Assembly: GCA_050692055.1 (NCBI GenBank)
Contig: JBOGTC010000039.1
Coordinates: 8,060 to 72,059, forward strand
Length of the DNA: 64,000 bases
Origin: Candidatus Limnocylindria bacterium
GTDB taxonomy: Bacteria; Chloroflexota; Limnocylindria; QHBO01
Reading direction: 5' to 3'
How positions within the stretch are numbered: position 1 is the first letter of the stretch; each line of letters starts with the position of its first letter. Below the pieces are notes generated by a model. It did not search any database, was not told the DNA's origin, and saw only the letters and a program-made list of their open reading frames with translations. Of this stretch, positions 19,777 to 30,681 are shown piece after piece. Both the position numbers and the translations under genes were made by a program.

Positions 19777-21654
19777 GTGAGTGCCGCCGACTTTCTGAGC
19801 GGACTCACGGAGCTCGTCTTCCTGGTCGTGTTCGCCGTCGTCGCCTGGCAGGCCGTTCGTCGACCGCGCTGGGCGCACATCGACATCGCCGCCTTCTTCG
19901 GCGTCATCGCCTTCGTCCTGCTCGCCGGCGACGTTGCCGAGCTCATCGGCCAGGCAGACGCGCCAGTGATGCAGTACCTGGCTTACGCCGGGGTCAGCGC
20001 CCTGCCCTATATCCTGCTGCGGCTCGTCGATGACTTTCGCCGCCAGCCGACGTGGCTGATGGTGCTCAGCCCAATCGCCCTGGTGGGCATGGTCGCCGCG
20101 TCGGTCGCGGTCGGGCTTCCTTGGCCGGCGTGGGTTCAGATCCTGCCGGTGATCTACTTCGTGCTGCTGGGGAGCTATGCCGCCGCCGCGTTCTCCCGGG
20201 AGGCGACGAGGAGCACCAGCGTGACCCAGCGCCGCATGCAGGCCGTGGCGGTCGGAGCCGGGCTCATCGCCCTGGTGCTCGCTCTGGTGGGCGTCGGGAT
20301 CGTGCTGCCTGCCGTCCGGGAGGCGCTTTCGCTGGTCACTGACCTGCTGATCCTCACCGCCGCCCTGGCCTTCTTCGTGGGCTTCGCTCCACCTCGACTC
20401 CTGCGGCGCGCGTGGCAGGTGCCGGCGCTGCGCGACCTGCTGAATCGGTCCAGTGACCTGATCCGCGAGCCCGATACGCGCGAGGTCGTCGCCGAGCTCT
20501 CGCGCCTCGCGGTGGATGCCACCGGCTCGCACGGCGCGTCGATCGGCCTGTGGGACGCGGAAGCCAACCTCCTGCGCTACTCGGCCGCCGACGGATCGAC
20601 GTACGAGGCCGGCCCGGAGGAGTTCATCGCGGGTCGAGCATTCAGCGCGCAGCGGCCAGTTCTTGCGGAGGATGCCGCCCGCATCGATCCGGCACACGCC
20701 GCGGAATACGAGGCATCCGGCGCGAGCGCGGTGCTCGCCGCGCCGATCACGGCGAGCGAGCGGCGCATCGGCGTCCTGTCCGTCTACGCAGAGCGCGCCC
20801 CCATCTTTGCCTATGACGACCTCGAGCTGGTTCGCCTGCTTGCCGAGCAGTCCGCCGTGGTCCTCGAGGGCCAGGGCCTCGTGCGCGATGCCGCCCGTGT
20901 CGAGGCCCGCGAGCAGGCCGCTCGCCTCAAGGACGACTTCCTGTCTGCCGTCGCGCACGATCTGCGAACGCCGGTGACGACCCTGCTGCTCAACGCGGAG
21001 CTGCTGGACCGGGCCCTGGGCGATGCGACCGAGGAACGCCAGGCCCGCCGGCTCGAGAGCCTCGTGCGCGAGGCGAAGCGCCTGAAGTCACTCGTGCATG
21101 ACTATCTCGACCTGACGCGCGCCGAGCACGGCGGGCTGGTGGCGCGACGAGAGCGGCGGGACCTCGTGGAGCTCGCGCGCCAGGCAGTGGAGGAGCGGCT
21201 CGTTGAGCGACACACGATACGGCTCTCCAACGAGGGCCAGGTCATCGGCGCATTCGACGCGCTGCGCATCCGTCAGCTCGTCGACAATCTCCTCGACAAC
21301 GCGATCAAGTACAGCCCGCGCGGCGGCGACATCGAGGTGCGAGTGTGGTCCGATGGAAGCCTCGTCCACCTGTCGGTGCGCGACCCGGGGATCGGGATCG
21401 AGCCGCCCGACATGCCGAGGCTCTTCGGCCGGTTCCATCGGGGCCAGAACGTGGACGACCGCCGCTTCCAGGGAGTGGGCCTGGGCCTCTACCTGTGCCG
21501 GAGGATCGTCGAGGAGCACGATGGCACGATTGCTGCAGCCAGCGAGCCCGGCCAGGGAACCACGATCACCGCCACCTTCGACACGACAGGACCGATGTCC
21601 AGCAATACCCAGCCCGCGCGATCCAGCACGCCGACCCGGGTTGCCGATGACTAA
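19777..21654 (+). CDS. Multi-TM GAF-domain sensor histidine kinase
   Basis: About 7 N-terminal TM helices, GAF domain, H-box VAHDLRTP, NLLDNAIKYS, DPGIGI, GLGLYL. Confidence 0.93.
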   Translation: MSAADFLSGLTELVFLVVFAVVAWQAVRRPRWAHIDIAAFFGVIAFVLLAGDVAELIGQADAPVMQYLAYAGVSALPYILLRLVDDFRRQPTWLMVLSPIALVGMVAASVAVGLPWPAWVQILPVIYFVLLGSYAAAAFSREATRSTSVTQRRMQAVAVGAGLIALVLALVGVGIVLPAVREALSLVTDLLILTAALAFFVGFAPPRLLRRAWQVPALRDLLNRSSDLIREPDTREVVAELSRLAVDATGSHGASIGLWDAEANLLRYSAADGSTYEAGPEEFIAGRAFSAQRPVLAEDAARIDPAHAAEYEASGASAVLAAPITASERRIGVLSVYAERAPIFAYDDLELVRLLAEQSAVVLEGQGLVRDAARVEAREQAARLKDDFLSAVAHDLRTPVTTLLLNAELLDRALGDATEERQARRLESLVREAKRLKSLVHDYLDLTRAEHGGLVARRERRDLVELARQAVEERLVERHTIRLSNEGQVIGAFDALRIRQLVDNLLDNAIKYSPRGGDIEVRVWSDGSLVHLSVRDPGIGIEPPDMPRLFGRFHRGQNVDDRRFQGVGLGLYLCRRIVEEHDGTIAAASEPGQGTTITATFDTTGPMSSNTQPARSSTPTRVADD

Positions 21655-22009
21655 CCATCCGGTCCTGGTAGTTGACGATGACGCCGGGGTGCGCGATGCC
21701 GTGCGCGATCTGCTCGAGATCGAGGGCTATCCGGTGGTCACCGCAGGGGACGGTGCCGCGGCGCTGCGGCTGGTCGATCAGCGCCGGCCGCGGCTTGTCC
21801 TCCTCGACATGCGCATGCCCGGCGTCGACGGCTGGGGCTTCGCCCAGCTGCTCAGGGAGCGCGGGATCCAGCTGCCGGTCGTGGTCATGACCGCGGCCGC
21901 AGATGCGGTGGCGTGGGCGCGCGAGATCGGAGCGGACGGCCACCTGTCGAAGCCGTTCGAGGTGACCGACCTGCTCGAGGTCGTCACCCGCCACAGCACG
22001 GCGGACTAG
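21647..22009 (+). CDS. Single-domain response regulator (CheY-like)
   Basis: VLVVDDD, VLLDMRMP, LSKPF; overlaps the kinase stop. Confidence 0.92.
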   Translation: MTNHPVLVVDDDAGVRDAVRDLLEIEGYPVVTAGDGAAALRLVDQRRPRLVLLDMRMPGVDGWGFAQLLRERGIQLPVVVMTAAADAVAWAREIGADGHLSKPFEVTDLLEVVTRHSTAD

Positions 22010-23043
22010 GAGAGGCGCTCGGCAAGCCACCCGACGGCGAGCGGGTAACGCCACTCGATGCCGGAATGCGTGCCTTCGAAAAGCTCGAAGCGCACGATGG
22101 GTTCGCCGATGCCGAGCGCATCCAGCTCCCCACGGAAGGCCTCCGCACCGAGATCAAGGTAGAAGTCGTCGCCGCGGCCCGCGTCGATCCACGCCGCCCG
22201 CAGCGAGCGGAGTGCATCCGCGTGTGCGGGTGCCATGCGAACCGGGTCCCAGGCCAGCCATCGGTCCCAGACCTCCGGAAGCAGGCGGCCGGTGGCGGTC
22301 TCGAACGGCAGGCGAACAGTGCCGTCGCCATCGGTCGAGTAGCAGGCGGCCATGCAGTAGGCGTTGAGCAGCGCGCCATCGGTCTTGCGGGAGCGACCGG
22401 GCCGTGAGCGGAAGTCGGCCCAGAAGGCGTCGTACGAGCCGTCGTAGTCGTCCCGCAGCGCGCGAGCGGCCTCGCGCAGATCGGGCACGTAGCAGACCTC
22501 GAACAGCGCGTCCCCGGCGTGCGTGGCCAGGCCGCCGAACAGGTCCGGCCGCAGCATCGGCGTGACCATGGCGCCATAGCCACCCGATGACTTGCCTGCC
22601 ACGCCGCGGTGCGCGGCCTCGTCGAACGTCCGATAGCGCGCGTCGACGAACGGCACGACCTCGTCGCACAGGTAGGTGTGGTAGCGACCGGTCCCCGGCG
22701 AGTCGAGAAACTGCGAGCCGCCCAGGCTGGTCCAGGCATCAACGAAGACGACGATCGCCGGTGAGACGCCATCGGTGGCGAAGGCCGCGTCCAGCAGCTC
22801 GATCGGGCTCTGCGCAACGGCCTTGCGGTTGCGCCACATGTCGACCTGCCCGGTGAGGCCCTGCAGCACATACACGGAGGGATAGCGCCGCCCGCTATCT
22901 GGGTCGTAGCCCGGAGGCGTGTAGACATACAGCGGGCGCAGGTGTGGATCGCCGAGCGGATTGGCGGTGAGCGCCTGGCTGTCGATGACGTGCTCATCGA
23001 GCCGGCCGGCCCACGCGTGGCCCCAAGGCGGCGAGAGGTCCAT
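22006..23043 (-). CDS. Alpha/beta-hydrolase esterase (enterochelin-esterase-like)
   Basis: RYPSVYVLQG, GKSSGG nucleophile elbow, WIDAGRGD, GTH. Confidence 0.88.
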   Translation of the reverse strand: MDLSPPWGHAWAGRLDEHVIDSQALTANPLGDPHLRPLYVYTPPGYDPDSGRRYPSVYVLQGLTGQVDMWRNRKAVAQSPIELLDAAFATDGVSPAIVVFVDAWTSLGGSQFLDSPGTGRYHTYLCDEVVPFVDARYRTFDEAAHRGVAGKSSGGYGAMVTPMLRPDLFGGLATHAGDALFEVCYVPDLREAARALRDDYDGSYDAFWADFRSRPGRSRKTDGALLNAYCMAACYSTDGDGTVRLPFETATGRLLPEVWDRWLAWDPVRMAPAHADALRSLRAAWIDAGRGDDFYLDLGAEAFRGELDALGIGEPIVRFELFEGTHSGIEWRYPLAVGWLAERLS

Positions 23044-23126
23044 GGCCGGCAGCGTAGCAGGACCCGCGGCCGGACCATCGTCCCGTACCGACGGCCCATG
23101 GCAGTACCCCCCGGCGGGCCGTAGCG

Positions 23127-25223
23127 TTGGCCCAAATGGCAGAGACCGCCCAGGCCGGGACAGGCTCGGCGTCCCCGGTCCGCTTCGCGCGCCGCAGGCT
23201 GTCCACGACGGCGGCGCGTCGCGTGCTGCGCGATCCGCACGTCGGCCACGCCCTCCTGCTGGCGCTGGCGGTAGTGATCCTGGCGTCGGTTCGCGAGCAT
23301 GCGCTGCCGTTGCTCGCCGGCACGATGGCGATCTTCATCGCCCTTCAGGGCGCCATTGCGCTGGCCCTGCCTCGCGTCGATCGTCATCGGCGCTCGCCCT
23401 GGTCGATCGTGCGCTTCCTCGTCGGCATCGCGTTCGTGGCGGCAATGCAGGTAATGCTGGGCGCGACCGGCATCCTTGCTGTCGCGTACCTGCCGATCGT
23501 CGCCATGGCCGCCTCGTACGGCCGGCGTGCCACGATCGTGGTGACCGGCAGCGCCATCGCCATTCACAGCCTGAACGAGGTCGTTGATCGAGCTCCGGAT
23601 GGTGACGGGGCGCAGCGGGCCGCGGCGTTCGCCCTGTTCGCCATCCTCGTCGCCCTCGCGACTCGCCTGGAGGTCACCCGGCTGCAACTGGCGCGGCGAC
23701 GCCTGAGGCAGGCGGTGACGGCAGACCGGCGACGCGCACGCCAGATCGCGGGCGTGGAGGCCATCGGTCGCATCCTGGCCAGCGGCGGGCCCACGAGGGA
23801 GGCGCTGGACGGCATCGTCGCGCAGATCGACCGCGAGTTTGGCTACCACTACGTCTCCATCTACCTGGGGAGTGAGACCGAAGTGAGCCTGGGGGCCCAG
23901 CGCGGGTACTCGGAGCTGGTGGAGGGGTTCGACGGGCAGCACGGGATCGTCGGACGGGTGATGCGCACGCGGCGACCCGCGTTCGTGCCGGACGTGAGCG
24001 CCGATCCCGACTACTGGGGTGTGAATTCAGACGTGCGCAGCGAGATCTGCGTGCCGCTCCTGGCCCAGGGCGAGTTCCTGGGTTTCATCAACGTGGAATC
24101 GACGGCCTCCGCCCCGCTGGACGCCACCGACCTGCGGGTCATGGTGGCGGTTGCGGACAGGCTGGCCGCTGCCCTGATCACCGGTCGGGATCGGCTCGCC
24201 CTGGCGGAGCGCGTCGAGCTCTTCAGGCATCTGCACGAGTTCAGCGAGGCGATCAATGGCACCCTCGAGCCGAACGAGCTGTACGCCGCCATCGTCGAGC
24301 GTGTCGCTTCGGTGGTCCCGGCAGAGATCGCCGCGCTCGTCATCCTCGAGCGCGCGAGCGGGCGCTACTTCCTGCGCGCCATCACGCCGACCGAGGCCGC
24401 CGAGCCTGGCATCGAGGTGCGGCTCGGTGAGGGCATGGCGGGGCGCGCGATCAGGGACAGGTCCCTGGTCATCGATGAGCAGTTCCAATCGTCCTCGTAC
24501 CCGGCCGCAGCAGCCGGGCTGGCCGGGCCGAACCCGATGCCGATGCAGGCGGCATCGGTGCCGCTGGTACGAGACGGAGTCGTGGTCGGCGCGCTGACCC
24601 TCCTGCGGGCCGATACCGCTCAGCGCTTCAGCGAGACCGACAGGGATGCGCTGGCCATGATCTCCGAGCAGTCGGCGCTGGCGGTCGCGAACGCCTTCCT
24701 TCACGCGGACGTGCACCAGATGGCGATCCGCGATCCGCTGACCGGCCTGTTCAACCGACGCTATCTCGACCCGATGATGGCGCAGATGTTCGCGCAGCGC
24801 CGGCGCCTGCCGGAGAACGAGCGCCCACAGCTTGCCGCGATCATGTTCGACCTCGATCACTTCAGCGACCTCAACAACCGCTACGGCCACCAGGCCGGGG
24901 ACGCGGTGCTTCGTGACTTCGGCGCGCTGCTGCAGCAGCGCATGCGCTCGACCGACCTCGTCGCCCGCATCGGCGGCGAGGAGTTCGCCGCCATCCTCTT
25001 CCGCGCCGACCTGGAGGACGCCGTTCGCATCGCCCAGCAGGTGCGTTCGCACATGGCCGAGATGCGCATCGAGACGCCCAACGGGGAGATCACGGCGACG
25101 GTATCGGCCGGCTGCGCCGTCGCCGGAGTCGACGCGGACACGCCCGAGGCGCTGCTGCGAGCCGCCGACGTCGCTCTCTACATGGCGAAGCGCGCCGGGC
25201 GCGATCGCGTGGTGGCGGCATGA
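23127..25223 (+). CDS. Membrane diguanylate cyclase with two GAF domains
   Basis: TM N-terminus, two GAF domains, DPLTGLFNRR, MFDLDHF, I-site RSTD, RIGGEEF. Confidence 0.93.
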   Translation: MAQMAETAQAGTGSASPVRFARRRLSTTAARRVLRDPHVGHALLLALAVVILASVREHALPLLAGTMAIFIALQGAIALALPRVDRHRRSPWSIVRFLVGIAFVAAMQVMLGATGILAVAYLPIVAMAASYGRRATIVVTGSAIAIHSLNEVVDRAPDGDGAQRAAAFALFAILVALATRLEVTRLQLARRRLRQAVTADRRRARQIAGVEAIGRILASGGPTREALDGIVAQIDREFGYHYVSIYLGSETEVSLGAQRGYSELVEGFDGQHGIVGRVMRTRRPAFVPDVSADPDYWGVNSDVRSEICVPLLAQGEFLGFINVESTASAPLDATDLRVMVAVADRLAAALITGRDRLALAERVELFRHLHEFSEAINGTLEPNELYAAIVERVASVVPAEIAALVILERASGRYFLRAITPTEAAEPGIEVRLGEGMAGRAIRDRSLVIDEQFQSSSYPAAAAGLAGPNPMPMQAASVPLVRDGVVVGALTLLRADTAQRFSETDRDALAMISEQSALAVANAFLHADVHQMAIRDPLTGLFNRRYLDPMMAQMFAQRRRLPENERPQLAAIMFDLDHFSDLNNRYGHQAGDAVLRDFGALLQQRMRSTDLVARIGGEEFAAILFRADLEDAVRIAQQVRSHMAEMRIETPNGEITATVSAGCAVAGVDADTPEALLRAADVALYMAKRAGRDRVVAA

Positions 25224-27340
25224 GACGCTACCAGGAGCCGGCCCGGAGGCGGCGCGGCGTGCGTCGCGAGCGTGCGAGCGCCGCCTCGCGCTCGGTGCCG
25301 AGCCCGGCCTCGGCCCTGCATCAGATCGCGGACCACGTGGTCGACGCGGTGGTCCGCATGGACGCGGACGGCGTGATCACCGGCTGGAACGCGCATGCCG
25401 AGACGCTCTTCGGCTGGACCGCCGCCGAGGTCATGGGGCGCCGGCTGGCGGACACAATCATTCCCGCGCGTGACCGCGAGGCTCATGCGGCCGGCCTGGC
25501 CCGCTACCTGGTCGACGGTCGCGGCATCGTGCTCGACACGCACACCCAGGTCGCCGCGCTGCATCGCGACGGCCACGAGATCTCCGTCGACCTCTCGGTC
25601 ACGGCGCTGGCCGACGCGTCCGGCACCACGTTCGTGGTCTTCATGCGCGACCTCTCGTCGCAGCGGGCGGTCGAGGCGGCATTGCGCGACAGCGAGGAGC
25701 GATTCAAGTCCCTGGTCGAGAACCTGCCCGGGATCGCCTACGTCGACGAGATGGGCGGGCACGGGCGGTGGGTCAGTCCGAGGGTGGCGTCGATCCTGGG
25801 CTACACCCCGGAGGAATGGCTCGGCGACGACGAGCTGTGGGAGCGCGCCCTGCACCCCGACGATCGCGAGCGAGCAGTGGCACAGATGGTGGCCGCCGAG
25901 ACCGCCGAGGGGCCAATCGTGTACACGTATCGGCTGTTCACGCGCGAGGGCCGCCTCGTCTGGATCCGGGACCACGCCAGCGTGGTGCGCGACGGGACTG
26001 GTCAGCCGGTGGTCCAGGGCGTCATGTTCGACGTGACGCACGAGCGCGGAATCGAGGTGGAGCTGGAGCTCGAGGTGGCCGAGCGCGCGGCAATCGCGGC
26101 CGCGCTGCACCGGCTTCCGGCCGGGCAGGAGGCGTCTGCGACCGCCTCAGCCCTCTGCCGCGAGCTGCTGCGGCTCCGACATCTCGATATCGCGGTCGTC
26201 TACGAGTTCTCCCACGGCGACGCGGTCGTCCCGCTGGCCGTGGTCGCGCCGCCGGGTGCGCCGATCGCCGTCGGCCGTCCGCTTCCAATGGAACAGGCGC
26301 GCTACCTCCGCGAGAGCGCCACCGGCCCCTGGGTCGACGAATGGCACCGGACCCGCGACGACGATGACTATCGCCGCGCGTGGCTCGACGTCGGCCTGAC
26401 CTGTGGGGCATTCGTCCCCTTCGGCTCGACAGGCACCGTCCACGGCCTGATCTCGGCCGGCACCACGTCGTTGATCGGCGCGGCGGGCGTCTCGCGCTGG
26501 CTTCCGTCGCTGGCCGAGTTCGGCGCCATCGCCGCCGCCCTGCTGGTTCCCGAGCTCGCCGCTCGCCGCGAGGAGGCAGGGGCGCGATCTGCGGTGGAGG
26601 CGATCATCGCCGAGCGGCAATTCTCGGTGGTCTACCAGCCCATCGTGCGGCTCTCCGATGCGTCGGCGGTGGGCTACGAGGCGCTCGCCAGGTTCGACGA
26701 CGGGACGCAGCCGGATCGCCGCTTTGCCGAGGCGGCCGCCCTCGGGCTCGGAAGCCAGCTCGAGCTGGCGGTGATGGCGTCAGTTCTGGACGAGGCGAGG
26801 TCGCTGCCGAAGGGACCGTTTCTCAGTTTGAACCTGTCGCCCGGCCTGCTGGCTGATCCGGAAACGACACGCCTGCTGGGCTCGGCCGGCCGGCGGGCGC
26901 TGGTGCTCGAGGTCACCGAGCAGTCGGCAATCGACGACTACGACGTGGTGCGTGCCCGCGTCGGCGCCCTGCCGTCCTCCATCACGTTGGCGGTCGACGA
27001 CGCCGGCGCCGGCTTCGCCAGCCTGCGGCACATCATCGAGCTGCGCCCGAAGTACGTGAAGCTCGACATGCAGCTCGTGCGCGGGGTTGATGCGGATCCC
27101 GCGCGGCAGGCGCTCATCGCCGGCATGGTGTACTTCGCGCACCAGTCCGGCTGCCTCCTGGTAGCGGAAGGCATCGAGTCCGAGGCGGAGCGCGGAACGC
27201 TCGCCCGCCTGGGCATCCCCTTCGGGCAGGGCTTCCTCTTCGCTCAGCCGGCCCCCGTGCTCGCGATGCGCGCCCTCGGAATTGGCCGGCTGGGCCGATC
27301 GACGCCGCGCGTGACTCCCGCGAGGGTGCTCGGCGCCTGA
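25220..27340 (+). CDS. PAS-PAS-(GAF)-EAL c-di-GMP phosphodiesterase
   Basis: Two PAS domains; YQPIV, YEALARF, LEVTE, DDAGAGF, VKLD, AEGIE; ATGA overlap with the DGC. Confidence 0.92.
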   Translation: MRRYQEPARRRRGVRRERASAASRSVPSPASALHQIADHVVDAVVRMDADGVITGWNAHAETLFGWTAAEVMGRRLADTIIPARDREAHAAGLARYLVDGRGIVLDTHTQVAALHRDGHEISVDLSVTALADASGTTFVVFMRDLSSQRAVEAALRDSEERFKSLVENLPGIAYVDEMGGHGRWVSPRVASILGYTPEEWLGDDELWERALHPDDRERAVAQMVAAETAEGPIVYTYRLFTREGRLVWIRDHASVVRDGTGQPVVQGVMFDVTHERGIEVELELEVAERAAIAAALHRLPAGQEASATASALCRELLRLRHLDIAVVYEFSHGDAVVPLAVVAPPGAPIAVGRPLPMEQARYLRESATGPWVDEWHRTRDDDDYRRAWLDVGLTCGAFVPFGSTGTVHGLISAGTTSLIGAAGVSRWLPSLAEFGAIAAALLVPELAARREEAGARSAVEAIIAERQFSVVYQPIVRLSDASAVGYEALARFDDGTQPDRRFAEAAALGLGSQLELAVMASVLDEARSLPKGPFLSLNLSPGLLADPETTRLLGSAGRRALVLEVTEQSAIDDYDVVRARVGALPSSITLAVDDAGAGFASLRHIIELRPKYVKLDMQLVRGVDADPARQALIAGMVYFAHQSGCLLVAEGIESEAERGTLARLGIPFGQGFLFAQPAPVLAMRALGIGRLGRSTPRVTPARVLGA

Positions 27341-27526
27341 CTACATGCTCGGGACGTAGCCCGGGTCGAAGTACCTGGCGGGGTCATCGCGGAAGTCAAG
27401 CATGCATCCCCTGCCACAGAAGTAGTAGGGCTTGCCCTCGTGCTCGGCGGTGAGGCCCTGCGCCTGCGCCACCTCTGGGCTGACCTCCATGCCGCACACC
27501 GGGTCCCTCGCCACGTCCGTCGTCAT
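27341..27526 (-). CDS. YHS-domain protein
   Basis: DPVCGM, YYFCGRGC, DPARY. Confidence 0.9.
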   Translation of the reverse strand: MTTDVARDPVCGMEVSPEVAQAQGLTAEHEGKPYYFCGRGCMLDFRDDPARYFDPGYVPSM

Positions 27527-27591
27527 CGGCTTGCGTCTCCTTGTCTGGGCTGGCTGGCGGCTGCGCTGGAGGAGCCTGCCATCGCTCCCAT

Positions 27592-27766
27592 GTCGCCAGA
27601 TTCATGCCTGGTATGCGCCGGGCGCCCGGTATCGGTCTGTAGTCACCAAATTCATGCCAGGGCGAGCACCGCGGCTGGAACTCGACCCTCCTCGGCGCTT
27701 CGTGCAGACGGGGTGAGAATCTGGCGACTCGCGGCTAGCCACGCGCCTGGATCTGGGGACTCGCGG
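27592..27766. repeat. Mosaic repeat copy A: 50-bp satellite (27592-27641), 87-bp core (27642-27728), degenerate extra arm
   Basis: GTCGCCAGATTCATGCC at 27592, GTCACCAAATTCATGCC at 27642, GAATCTGGCGAC ending 27728; CTGGCGACTCGCGG and CTGGGGACTCGCGG repeat 32 nt apart. Confidence 0.85.
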
Positions 27767-27780
27767 GTGCCAGCAGCGCA

Positions 27781-30054
27781 TCATGCGACGCGGAACGACC
27801 GCAGGCGGAGCGAGTTGGCGACCACGCTCACGCTCGACAGGGCCATCGCGCCGGCAGCCAGGGCCGGGCTGAGCAGAAGCCCGGCGACCGGGAACAGCGC
27901 CCCCGCCGCCACCGGAATCAGCAGCACGTTGTATCCGAAGGCCCACCCCAGGTTCTGGCGGATCGTGCGCATCGTCGCGCGCGACAGGCCGATGGCGCCC
28001 GGCACGCCGCGCAGGTCGTCTCCCACCAGCGTGATGTCGGACGCCTCGAGCGCCACGTCGGCGCCGGTGCCGATGGCGATGCCGACGTCGGCCTGGGCCA
28101 GCGCGGGAGCGTCGTTGATGCCGTCTCCGACCATCGCCACGCTTCGCCCATCCGCCTGAAGCCGAGCGATCTCCGCGGCCTTCTGCGCTGGCAGCACCTC
28201 GGCCAGGATGCGCTCGGGACCGATGCCCACCGTGGATCCGATGGCCTGGGCGGTCGTCCGGCGATCGCCGGTGAGCATCCAGACCTCCAGCCCGGCATCC
28301 TGCAGACGCCGGACAGCCTGCGTCGACTCGGGCTTCACGGTATCGGCGATGGCGATGAGCCCGATGAGCACGCCGTCGCGGGCCACGAACACCGCTGAGC
28401 TGCCGGACGAGGCCACGCCATCGGCGCGCTCGCGCAGCGGCGAAATGTCGATGCCCGATGAGGCCAGGAAGGCCTCGGCACCGACGAGCACAGCCGTCCC
28501 TTCGACGGCAGCGCTGACGCCCTGGCCGGCGACCGCCTCGAACGCCGTCGTGATCGCGATCTCGATCCCGACCCGCTCCGCGTGGCGCACGACCGCCTCG
28601 GCCAGTGGATGCTCGCTGCCCCGTTCGGCTGCGGCGGCGACATGCAGCAGCGTCCGCTCGTCGATGCCGGCGGCGGGGATCACCTCGGTCACCGATGGCT
28701 CTCCGCGCGTGATGGTGCCGGTCTTGTCGAGCACCACCGCGTCGACCCGGTGGGCGTGCTCGAGTGCCGCGCCGTCCCGGACCAGGATGCCGCTCTGCGC
28801 ACCTTTGCCCGTGCCGACCATGATGGCGGTCGGCGTCGCGAGACCCATGGCGCACGGGCAGGCGATGATCAGGACGGCGATGGTGCTGGCCAGGGCGTAC
28901 GTCAGCGCCGGCTCGGGGCCGATGAGGAGCCAGCCGGCGAAGGTGAGGGTCGCCAGCACGATGACGGCGGGCACGAACCAGCCTGTGACTCGATCCGCCA
29001 ACCGCTGGATGGGGGCCTTCGAGCCCTGTGCCCGCTCCACGAGGTCGACGATCTGGGCGAGCGCGGTGTCGCGCCCGACGCGTTCGGCCCGCATGACGAA
29101 GCTGCCGGAAGCATTCATGGTCGCGCCGATGACCCGGTCGCCGCTCACCTTCTCGACCGGCATCGATTCCCCGGTGAGCATCGACTCGTCGACCGCCGAC
29201 GCTCCCTCGAGCACCACGCCGTCGACGGGCACCCGGTCGCCGGGTCGGACGCGGACGAGATCACCGGCCACGACCTGCTCCACCGGAACGTCGATCTCGC
29301 GCCCATCGCGCAGCACGCGAGCAGTGGCGGGACGGAGCTTCAGCAGTGCCTTGACCGCGCCGGCCGCGCGTCCCTTGGCGCGCGCTTCCAGCCACCGGCC
29401 GAAGAGGATGAGGCCGATGATGATCGCGGCCGAATCGAAATAGGTCTCGTGCGACACGCCGGCCGCCATCAGCGCGTCCGGCATGAGCGTCACGAACAGC
29501 GAGTAGCCGTACGCCGCCAGCGTCCCCATCGCCACGAGGGTGTTCATGTTCGCCTCGCCGTGCCTGGCGCCCCGCAGGGCGGCCACCAGGAACCGACGAC
29601 CGTAGACGAACTGGACGATCGTGGCCGGAGCCAGGAACCAGACGTTGATGCGGTCCATCGGCCACGGCGCGCCGCCCGGCCAGAACATGACGGCCATCAT
29701 CGCCAGGCCGACCGCCGTCGAGACGAGGGCACCGATGAGCAGGTCACGCTGCTCGGCGGATGGTTGCGCCTCCTCGGCCGCGTCGGCCGCCGAAACCTCC
29801 ACGGAATCCTCGGCGCGCCGATCGGGGCGCACCTCGTAGCCGGCGGCCTCGATGGCGGCGACGATGCCGGTGCGATCGATCAGCGCCGGATCGAAGCGCA
29901 CGCTGGCGCGTTCGGTCGCCAGATTGACGCTGGCGTCGCTGACTCCATCGGCCCTGCGCAGGAAGCGCTCGATCCGGTTCACACAGCTGGCGCAGGTCAT
30001 GCCCACGACGGGCAGGGAAAGCTCGGCATCGGTCGCGACATTCGGGGTGCTCAT
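27781..30054 (-). CDS. copA: Copper-translocating P1B-type ATPase
   Basis: GMTCASC, TGES, CPC, DKTGT, HPL, GDGIND, YN and MALSS motifs; start chosen at MSTPNV. Confidence 0.95.
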   Translation of the reverse strand: MSTPNVATDAELSLPVVGMTCASCVNRIERFLRRADGVSDASVNLATERASVRFDPALIDRTGIVAAIEAAGYEVRPDRRAEDSVEVSAADAAEEAQPSAEQRDLLIGALVSTAVGLAMMAVMFWPGGAPWPMDRINVWFLAPATIVQFVYGRRFLVAALRGARHGEANMNTLVAMGTLAAYGYSLFVTLMPDALMAAGVSHETYFDSAAIIIGLILFGRWLEARAKGRAAGAVKALLKLRPATARVLRDGREIDVPVEQVVAGDLVRVRPGDRVPVDGVVLEGASAVDESMLTGESMPVEKVSGDRVIGATMNASGSFVMRAERVGRDTALAQIVDLVERAQGSKAPIQRLADRVTGWFVPAVIVLATLTFAGWLLIGPEPALTYALASTIAVLIIACPCAMGLATPTAIMVGTGKGAQSGILVRDGAALEHAHRVDAVVLDKTGTITRGEPSVTEVIPAAGIDERTLLHVAAAAERGSEHPLAEAVVRHAERVGIEIAITTAFEAVAGQGVSAAVEGTAVLVGAEAFLASSGIDISPLRERADGVASSGSSAVFVARDGVLIGLIAIADTVKPESTQAVRRLQDAGLEVWMLTGDRRTTAQAIGSTVGIGPERILAEVLPAQKAAEIARLQADGRSVAMVGDGINDAPALAQADVGIAIGTGADVALEASDITLVGDDLRGVPGAIGLSRATMRTIRQNLGWAFGYNVLLIPVAAGALFPVAGLLLSPALAAGAMALSSVSVVANSLRLRSFRVA

Positions 30055-30066
30055 CGGTCCCACGAG

Positions 30067-30085
30067 GATACTATGGGGGAGTATC
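30067..30085. promoter_or_regulatory. CsoR/RcnR-type operator upstream of copA
   Basis: GATACTATGGGGGAGTATC = TACT-7 nt with G-tract-AGTA; overlaps a minus-strand -10-like TAGTAT (30068-30073). Confidence 0.7.
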
Positions 30086-30224
30086 GCGTGTCGAGGCGTG
30101 ACGTTGCAGGAAACCGATAGCTTGCCCGCTCTCCATGCATGCGTTCCGTTGTCAGAACGACGGTCAGTCACGGAATCCGCATGCGTGCGAGGCATGGCCC
30201 TTGCAAGTGAACTCACGAGACACC

Positions 30225-30635
30225 ATGAAACCTCGTCACATGACTCAGTCAAGGCGTGGCACAGGCAGCTCTTCGGCCCGTGCGCGCCGTCGCGCCTTCG
30301 TCGTTGACGACAACGTAGAGACCCTCACGCTCCTCGACGATGTCGTGCGGAATGCCGGCTGGGAGACGAGGTGCTTCACGCGTCTGCGGTCGGTGCGCCG
30401 CGCTCTACGTGAGTCACCGCCCATGCTGATGATCCTGGATGACGAATTGCCCGATGGCCGAGGCGGTGACCTCGTGCAGGAGCTCCGAAGCGATCCGCGG
30501 CTGCGCGACGTCTCGGTCATCGTCTGCACGGCCGCCGATCCCGCGCGCCAGGCCGAGATCGGGGCGTGGGCGCCGGTCCTCTCGAAGCCATTCAGCCTTG
30601 CCGACCTTGAGCGTTATCTCCAGCGCGCGGCCTGA
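30225..30635 (+). CDS. Single-domain response regulator
   Basis: [22 protein letters not shown]. Confidence 0.85.
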   Translation: MKPRHMTQSRRGTGSSSARARRRAFVVDDNVETLTLLDDVVRNAGWETRCFTRLRSVRRALRESPPMLMILDDELPDGRGGDLVQELRSDPRLRDVSVIVCTAADPARQAEIGAWAPVLSKPFSLADLERYLQRAA

Positions 30636-30681
30636 GCGCCCTCGCGGCTGGGCGCAGTCCGGCCTGCTACGCTTCGGTGCG

